From Synechococcus elongatus PCC 6301 (lineage in GTDB: Bacteria; Cyanobacteriota; Cyanobacteriia; Synechococcales; Synechococcaceae), in the NCBI RefSeq assembly GCF_000010065.1, contig NC_006576.1:570001-602000 (forward strand): 32,000 bases of DNA. Direction: 5' to 3'. Positions 26,849 to 32,000 of the stretch are shown here, piece by piece. Within the stretch, counting starts at the first letter, position 1; every line of letters begins with the position of its first letter. Below the pieces are notes generated by a model. It did no database searches and was not told where the DNA came from. It was given only the letters and a program-made list of their open reading frames with translations. The position numbers and the translations under genes were made by a program.

Positions 26849-28090
26849 ATGGCTGCATGGGAATTTGCACTCGGTCTCCTCACGGCCAGTCTTTGGCGCT
26901 GGGCTCGCAAATGGCGATCGCCCGTCAAGGTTAAGCCGATGCTGGCGGCTGTGAGTTCCCTGGAGCCTCAGCTCGAGCAGATCACAACGGATCTCCGCGA
27001 TCGCGATCGCCTACTAGAAGATCTGCCCGTTAGTTTCCTGTTGCTAGATGCCGACAATCTGGTGCTGGAGGCCAATCGCTCCGCTCGGGTCCTGTTAGCC
27101 CTACCACCCGAGGATTACTGTCGTCCCCTACTAGAGGTGGTGCGCTCCTACGAGCTCGACCGCTTGGTGGCCCGCTGTCGGGCGGCCAATGCCCCCCAAA
27201 CCGATCGCTGGACCTTGACCCCAGTCAACCCCGATCCGTTGCAGGTAGTTCCCCAAACACCACGCCCTGTGCAGGGTCAGGCAATTCCCCTCAGCAATGG
27301 TCAGATTGGAGTGTTGATCGAAGACCGGCAGGAGCTGGTGGACTTGGCACAGCAACGTAACCGCTGGGTCCCGGATGTTGCCCATGAGTTGAAAACGCCC
27401 CTGACGTCGATTCGCCTATTGGCAGAAGCCCTGCGCGATCGCCTTCAGGATGAACCGCAGGTTTGGGTCGATCGCTTGTTGGGCGAGACCCAACGGCTTG
27501 GGCAGTTGGTGCAGGATCTGCTGGAGTTAAGCCGGCTGGAGCAGGGGCCAAGTGGCTTGCAGAAGCTCGAAGCAGTGGACCTTGTCGCCCTGCTGACCTC
27601 GGTGCGCAATAGCTTAGAGCCGCTGGCAGAACCGCTGCGACTGGGTTGGGCTTATCAAGGGCCAGAGCAGGGATTTGTGCGGGGCGATCGCCAAAGGCTT
27701 TTTCGTCTCTGGCTCAATCTAGTGGATAACGCCATTCGCCATAGTCCCAGCGGCGGCTGTCTCTATGTAGAACTACGGCAGCGCGGCGACACCTGGATCT
27801 GCGATCTCTACGACGACGGCCCTGGCTTTGCCGATGCCGATTTGTCCTACCTCTTTGAGCGTTTCTATCGTGGCGATCCCTCACGCGTGCGACCAGCAGC
27901 AGCGAGTTCTAGCAGTCCCGGTAGTGGCTTGGGTCTGGCGATCGCACGGCAGGTCGTCGAAGCCCACCAAGGGCGAATCTCGGCGCGCAATCATCCCGTC
28001 ACCGGCGGGGCTTGGCTGCGGGTACAACTGCCCCAAGAACCATCCCTCACCCCTGCGCTTAAGATCGGAACTGGACGTCGCAGCGGCTGA
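26849..28090 (+). CDS. sphS: Sensor histidine kinase, probable SphS
   Basis: 413 aa. PAS-like LPVSFLLLDADNLVLEANRSARVLL, H-box VPDVAHELKTPLTSIRLLAEALRDRL, NAIRHSPSGG, DDGPGFADADLSYLFERFYRG, SGLGLAIARQVVEAHQG. Confidence 0.82.
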   Translation: MAAWEFALGLLTASLWRWARKWRSPVKVKPMLAAVSSLEPQLEQITTDLRDRDRLLEDLPVSFLLLDADNLVLEANRSARVLLALPPEDYCRPLLEVVRSYELDRLVARCRAANAPQTDRWTLTPVNPDPLQVVPQTPRPVQGQAIPLSNGQIGVLIEDRQELVDLAQQRNRWVPDVAHELKTPLTSIRLLAEALRDRLQDEPQVWVDRLLGETQRLGQLVQDLLELSRLEQGPSGLQKLEAVDLVALLTSVRNSLEPLAEPLRLGWAYQGPEQGFVRGDRQRLFRLWLNLVDNAIRHSPSGGCLYVELRQRGDTWICDLYDDGPGFADADLSYLFERFYRGDPSRVRPAAASSSSPGSGLGLAIARQVVEAHQGRISARNHPVTGGAWLRVQLPQEPSLTPALKIGTGRRSG

Positions 28091-28104
28091 GCCGTAGTGA
28101 GAGC

Positions 28105-28836
28105 ATGGCCGAACGGCTGCAGAAGATTTTGTCGCAATTGGGTGTCGCCTCCCGACGACAGGCGGAACAGTGGATCCAACAAGGACGAGTTACGATCAAT
28201 GGCCGCGTCGCTGAAATTGGCCAGCAGGCTGACCTCAAGCGCGATCGCATTCACTTGGATGGCAAACGGCTACGCCCCAAGCATCGGCCCGAGGCCCGTT
28301 ATCTGCTGCTCCATAAACCTGTGGGTGTAGTCTCCACCTGCCGTGATCCGCAGCGGCGGCGCACCGTCATTGATCTCGTCGATCCAGAATTTCGGCCGGG
28401 GCTGCATCCGGTGGGACGGCTGGATACCGATAGCAGCGGCTTGCTCTTACTCTGCAATGACGGCGAACTGACCTATCAAATCAGCCATCCCCGCTTTCAC
28501 ATCGAGAAAACCTATCGCGTTTGGGTCGAAGGTCATCCGCCAGCCTCGGTGCTAGAGCACTGGCGATCGGGGGTTTGGCTAGACGACTATCAAACGCTGC
28601 CGGCAGGTGTGCGAATCCTGCACGATCGCGCTGAATCGACGCTGCTCGAAGTGATTTTGCACGAAGGCCGAAATCGGCAAATTCGTCGGGTTGCCGAGCA
28701 GTTGGGGCATCCAGTTTTACGCCTGACCCGAGTCGCGATCGGGCCATTGCGTTTGGGATCGTTACAGCCAGGGGAGTATCGTTCTTTAACGGCGGCCGAA
28801 GTTTATCGCCTCCGTCAGCTCGCACAAGGAACCTGA
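28105..28836 (+). CDS. RsuA/RluB/RluE/RluF family pseudouridine synthase
   Basis: 243 aa. S4 domain ERLQKILSQLGVASRRQAEQWIQQGRVTING, LLLHKPVGVVSTCRD, HPVGRLDTDSSGLLLLCNDGEL, EGRNRQIRRVAEQLGHPVLRLTRVAIG. Confidence 0.93.
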   Translation: MAERLQKILSQLGVASRRQAEQWIQQGRVTINGRVAEIGQQADLKRDRIHLDGKRLRPKHRPEARYLLLHKPVGVVSTCRDPQRRRTVIDLVDPEFRPGLHPVGRLDTDSSGLLLLCNDGELTYQISHPRFHIEKTYRVWVEGHPPASVLEHWRSGVWLDDYQTLPAGVRILHDRAESTLLEVILHEGRNRQIRRVAEQLGHPVLRLTRVAIGPLRLGSLQPGEYRSLTAAEVYRLRQLAQGT

Positions 28837-28854
28837 GTCCAGTAAGTCCTCCCT

Positions 28855-29456
28855 ATGTTGTTTCGTCGTCCGAGCGCCACTCCGCCACCGATAGAGCAAT
28901 GGCAGCAGCGCTTTCAGTCCACGGGGGCTGTTGCTGCGCGAGCACCGCGAAAGCCTAGGTTTATCCCTAGAGGAGCTCGCTCGTCTGACCCGGATTCAAC
29001 GGGCGACAGCTCTGGGCGATCGAAGAAGGGCGCAGCGAGAGTTTGCCCGAGCGGGTCTACATCCAGGGGATGGTGCGCCGCTATGCCGACGCCCTCGGTC
29101 TCGACGGCCAGCAGTACGCCGATGAGCTGCGAGCACTGATTGCCTTACCTATCTCTCGCAGCGATCGCCCCAGTGATCAGCCACTCGGTCGCCTGCGAAC
29201 TTGGCAGTGGTATCTGCTCTATCTGCTCTTTGTGCTGTTAGCCATCAATGGTTTGAGCTGGTTGATGCGCCGTGCCGCCCTGCAAGGGGTGAACTTGCAG
29301 CAGCCGATTCCGGCCCTGCCAGTCGAGGAGTTTTTGCCACCACCGGCTCCAGCTCCCCGGCCACCTCAGCAGCAGGCCCAGCCCCTCGATGCAGCGCCTG
29401 CCAACTTAACTGAGCAATTACGTCAAATTCCGACAACGTCAGCACCAGTGCAGTAA
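28855..29456 (+). pseudogene. RodZ-like helix-turn-helix plus single-TM protein gene, interrupted by two apparent single-G insertions (or assembly errors)
   Basis: Composite of three frames: MLFRRPSATPPPIEQWQQRFQSTG / LLLREHRESLGLSLEELARLTRIQR / RQLWAIEEGRSESLPERVYIQGMVRRYADALGLDGQQYADEL...TWQWYLLYLLFVLLAINGLSWLM. Frame changes at the G-runs 28923-28927 and 29001-29003. Confidence 0.75.
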
Positions 29457-29494
29457 GCCGCCGGTTGCTCGGCAAGCCTGATAAAGTGACAGAT

Positions 29495-29516
29495 CGTGCC
29501 CTTGGCACGGCTTTTT
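29495..29516 (+). terminator. Rho-independent terminator
   Basis: CGTGCC-CTT-GGCACG-GCTTTTT just after the HTH gene and before purU. Confidence 0.7.
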
Positions 29517-29620
29517 CTGGCAATCGGGCGATCGCTACCCTCGGTAGTGGTTCTATTCCCAGGAAAGGTCCCCTCAATGTCCCTCTTGTTTGGCAGCACA
29601 GAGCTGCGTCGCAGCCCCCG

Positions 29621-30475
29621 ATGAAACGCCCCACCGCTACGCTGCTGATCTCCTGTCCTGATCAGCAAGGTCTCGTCGCCCGCATTTCCAATTTCATCTT
29701 TGCGAATGGTGGCAACATTATTGACGCCGACCAGCACACGGATTTTGAGGCGGGGCTGTTCCTGAGTCGGATTGAGTGGGAACTCACTGGATTTAACCTC
29801 GATCGCGAGTTAATTGGCCCTGCGTTTGAAGCGGTCGCTCGCCCCTTGGGAGCGCAGTGGCAATTGCATTTTTCCGATCGCAAACCACGGCTTAGTCTCT
29901 GGGTTAGCAAGCAGGATCATTGCCTCCTCGACCTACTGTGGCGACAGCAAGCCGGAGAACTGGATGCAGAAATTCCACTGATTATTAGCAATCACGACAA
30001 ATTACGTCCGATCGCTGAACAATTTGGTATTGATTTTCTTCATTTGCCCATTACTCGCGAGACGAAAGCAGAGCAGGAAGCTCGCCAGCTAGCAGCGATC
30101 GCTGACTATGGGATTGATCTCGTGGTGCTCGCGAAATACATGCAAGCTCTGAGTTCTGAGTTCTTGGCTCAGTTTCCCCAAGTAATTAATATTCACCACT
30201 CCTTTTTGCCTGCTTTTGCCGGTGCCAATCCTTACCAACGGGCCTATGAGCGAGGCGTCAAAATTATTGGAGCCACAGCTCACTATGTAACGCCCGATTT
30301 AGATGAAGGGCCAATTATTGAACAAGATGTAGTGCGGGTTAGTCATCGTGATGATGCTGATGATCTCGTTCGTAAAGGCAAGGACTTGGAGCGGATCGTC
30401 CTAGCGCGTGCGGTGCGTTTACACCTGCAACATCGGGTGCTGACTTACCGGAATCGCACCGTTGTGTTTGCTTAA
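29621..30475 (+). CDS. purU: Formyltetrahydrofolate deformylase
   Basis: ORF 29465..30475, likely start MKRPTATLLISCPDQQGLVARISNFIFANGGNIIDADQHTD. ACT domain plus formyltransferase-like FGIDFLHLPIT, VVLAKYMQALSSEFL, INIHHSFLPAFAGANPYQRAYERGVKIIGATAHYVTPDLDEGPIIEQD. Confidence 0.95.
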   Translation: MKRPTATLLISCPDQQGLVARISNFIFANGGNIIDADQHTDFEAGLFLSRIEWELTGFNLDRELIGPAFEAVARPLGAQWQLHFSDRKPRLSLWVSKQDHCLLDLLWRQQAGELDAEIPLIISNHDKLRPIAEQFGIDFLHLPITRETKAEQEARQLAAIADYGIDLVVLAKYMQALSSEFLAQFPQVINIHHSFLPAFAGANPYQRAYERGVKIIGATAHYVTPDLDEGPIIEQDVVRVSHRDDADDLVRKGKDLERIVLARAVRLHLQHRVLTYRNRTVVFA

Positions 30476-30511
30476 GCTGTTGATTTGAAGTGGCAAGACA
30501 AGGAAATTGAT

Positions 30512-31903
30512 ATGACTGAGACTGCGAATCAACGCCGTGAAAGCGACAGCATGGGTGAAGTGCTGGTGCCCACCGATCGCTATTGGGGTGCCCAAACTCA
30601 GCGATCGCTGCACTATTTCTCGATCGGTCAAGATCGAATGCCCATTGAAGTCTGTCATGCTCTGGCGATTGCGAAGAAAGCCTCTGCCCTTGCCAATCGA
30701 GATTTGGGTGTTTTATCGGCAGAAAAAGCTGATCTGATTGCTCAAGCTGCTGATGAAATTATTGCAGGTCAACTAGATGACCATTTCCCGCTTTATGTCT
30801 GGATGACGGGCAGCGGCACGCAAGCCAACATGAACGTTAATGAGGTGATTGCCAATCGGGCGATTGAAATGGCTGGGGGTGTACTTGGGAGTAAAACACC
30901 CATTCATCCCAATGATGATGTCAACCGATCGCAGTCCTCGAATGATGTCTTTCCAACCGCAATGCATATTGCTGCAGCTCAAGCGATCGGCCGGCAACTA
31001 CTGCCCAGTATCGAACGACTAGAACAGAGTCTCCAAGCCAAAGTTGATGAATGGCAAGGCATTGTCAAAATTGGCCGGACCCACCTGCAAGATGCAGTGC
31101 CATTAACGCTGGGTCAGGAGTTCTCCGGTTTTGTGGCCATGCTAGCTGAAAATCGTCAGCGCCTACATAATGCTTTGCAAGAACTCTATCCCCTAGCTTT
31201 GGGTGGAACAGCGGTTGGTACTGGTCTGAATGCGCCGACTGGATTTGATGTTGCAGTCGCTGATTACATCGCGCAATTGACAGGACTTCCGTTTGTCACG
31301 GCAACCAATAAGTTTGCGCAAATTGGTGCCCATGATGCATTTGTTGCTTTAAGTGGCAGCTTGCGAGGACTAGCAGTCTCGCTCTACAAAATTGCTAATG
31401 ATATTCGCTTGCTAGCCTGCGGGCCACGCTGTGGTTTTAACGAGTTGAGTTTGCCTGCAAATGAGCCTGGTTCATCAATCATGCCCGGCAAAGTGAATCC
31501 GACTCAGTGTGAAGCGTTAGCAATGGTTGCCGTGCAGGTCATGGGCTATGACGCTGCGGTCGCTTTCGCTGGGGCTAGTGGTTATTTAGAACTGAATGTC
31601 TATAAGCCGTTGATGGTTTATAACGTTCTGGAATCCATTCGAATTCTCTCGGATGCTAGTGATAACTTCCGACGTTTCACCGTGGAAGGAATGACAGCGA
31701 ATACCGACCAAATCAATACTTACTTAGAGCGATCGCTGATGTTAGTGACAGCGCTGACCCCTGCGATCGGTTACGACCAAGCAGCTAAAGTAGCCAAGTA
31801 TGCTTTTGAGAAAAATCTCAGCCTCAAGGAAGCGTGTCTAGAACTGGGTTGTATTAGTTCTGAAGAATTCGATCGCTGGGTGGACCCAGCCCAATTAGTG
31901 TGA
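30512..31903 (+). CDS. fumC: Class II fumarate hydratase
   Basis: ORF 30485..31903. [105 protein letters not shown]. Confidence 0.96.
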   Translation: MTETANQRRESDSMGEVLVPTDRYWGAQTQRSLHYFSIGQDRMPIEVCHALAIAKKASALANRDLGVLSAEKADLIAQAADEIIAGQLDDHFPLYVWMTGSGTQANMNVNEVIANRAIEMAGGVLGSKTPIHPNDDVNRSQSSNDVFPTAMHIAAAQAIGRQLLPSIERLEQSLQAKVDEWQGIVKIGRTHLQDAVPLTLGQEFSGFVAMLAENRQRLHNALQELYPLALGGTAVGTGLNAPTGFDVAVADYIAQLTGLPFVTATNKFAQIGAHDAFVALSGSLRGLAVSLYKIANDIRLLACGPRCGFNELSLPANEPGSSIMPGKVNPTQCEALAMVAVQVMGYDAAVAFAGASGYLELNVYKPLMVYNVLESIRILSDASDNFRRFTVEGMTANTDQINTYLERSLMLVTALTPAIGYDQAAKVAKYAFEKNLSLKEACLELGCISSEEFDRWVDPAQLV

Positions 31904-32000
31904 TGGTTAAATTGAATCTGATCGAGGATTTTAGTGCCCAATAAGAAGTCTCCAAGCCGGTAAACACTCAAGACCTAGGGAATACTTAGTAATCTGCTAG

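Noticed and set aside
1-32000. CRISPR array, cas genes, prophage, toxin-antitoxin or restriction-modification genes
   Set aside because: No regularly spaced direct repeats and no proteins with those signatures. The ordinary gene content is housekeeping, signalling and metabolic.

Overview
This is a dense, almost fully coding cyanobacterial chromosomal window. It is rich in HIP1 octamers (GCGATCGC). From recall of its proteins, including a 413-aa SphS-like kinase, I infer Synechococcus elongatus (PCC 7942/6301 type); I ran no database search. Left to right it contains: (1) an Anbu (proteasome/HslV-like) peptidase convergent with a minus-strand run of transglutaminase-like, alpha-E and circularly permuted ATP-grasp genes; (2) hisC and ilvE-type aminotransferases; (3) an alpha/beta hydrolase; (4) a RemA-like DUF370 gene divergent from an NFACT/RqcH-Rqc2 homolog; (5) a TPR gene with an apparent frameshift; (6) an EamA transporter, a Cys-rich zinc-ribbon-like small protein and a DUF1350 protein; (7) menE-menC-malQ; (8) a conserved-looking hypothetical gene and a YebC-family gene; (9) a chemotaxis/phototaxis-type operon (small ORF, CheW, MCP without an extracellular sensor, CheA-REC hybrid, small membrane ORF); (10) sphR-sphS; (11) an RsuA/RluB pseudouridine synthase; (12) a RodZ-like HTH gene split by two apparent single-G insertions; (13) purU and fumC. 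The best functional-dark-matter candidate is the Anbu four-gene module. It is known from comparative genomics, but as far as I know its physiological role is unresolved. Secondary leads are the remA-NFACT linkage, the small ORFs flanking the che operon, a candidate sRNA/terminator unit near 10.9-11.0 kb, and three apparent single-base frameshifts. I saw no CRISPR array, intact IS element, rRNA or tRNA.
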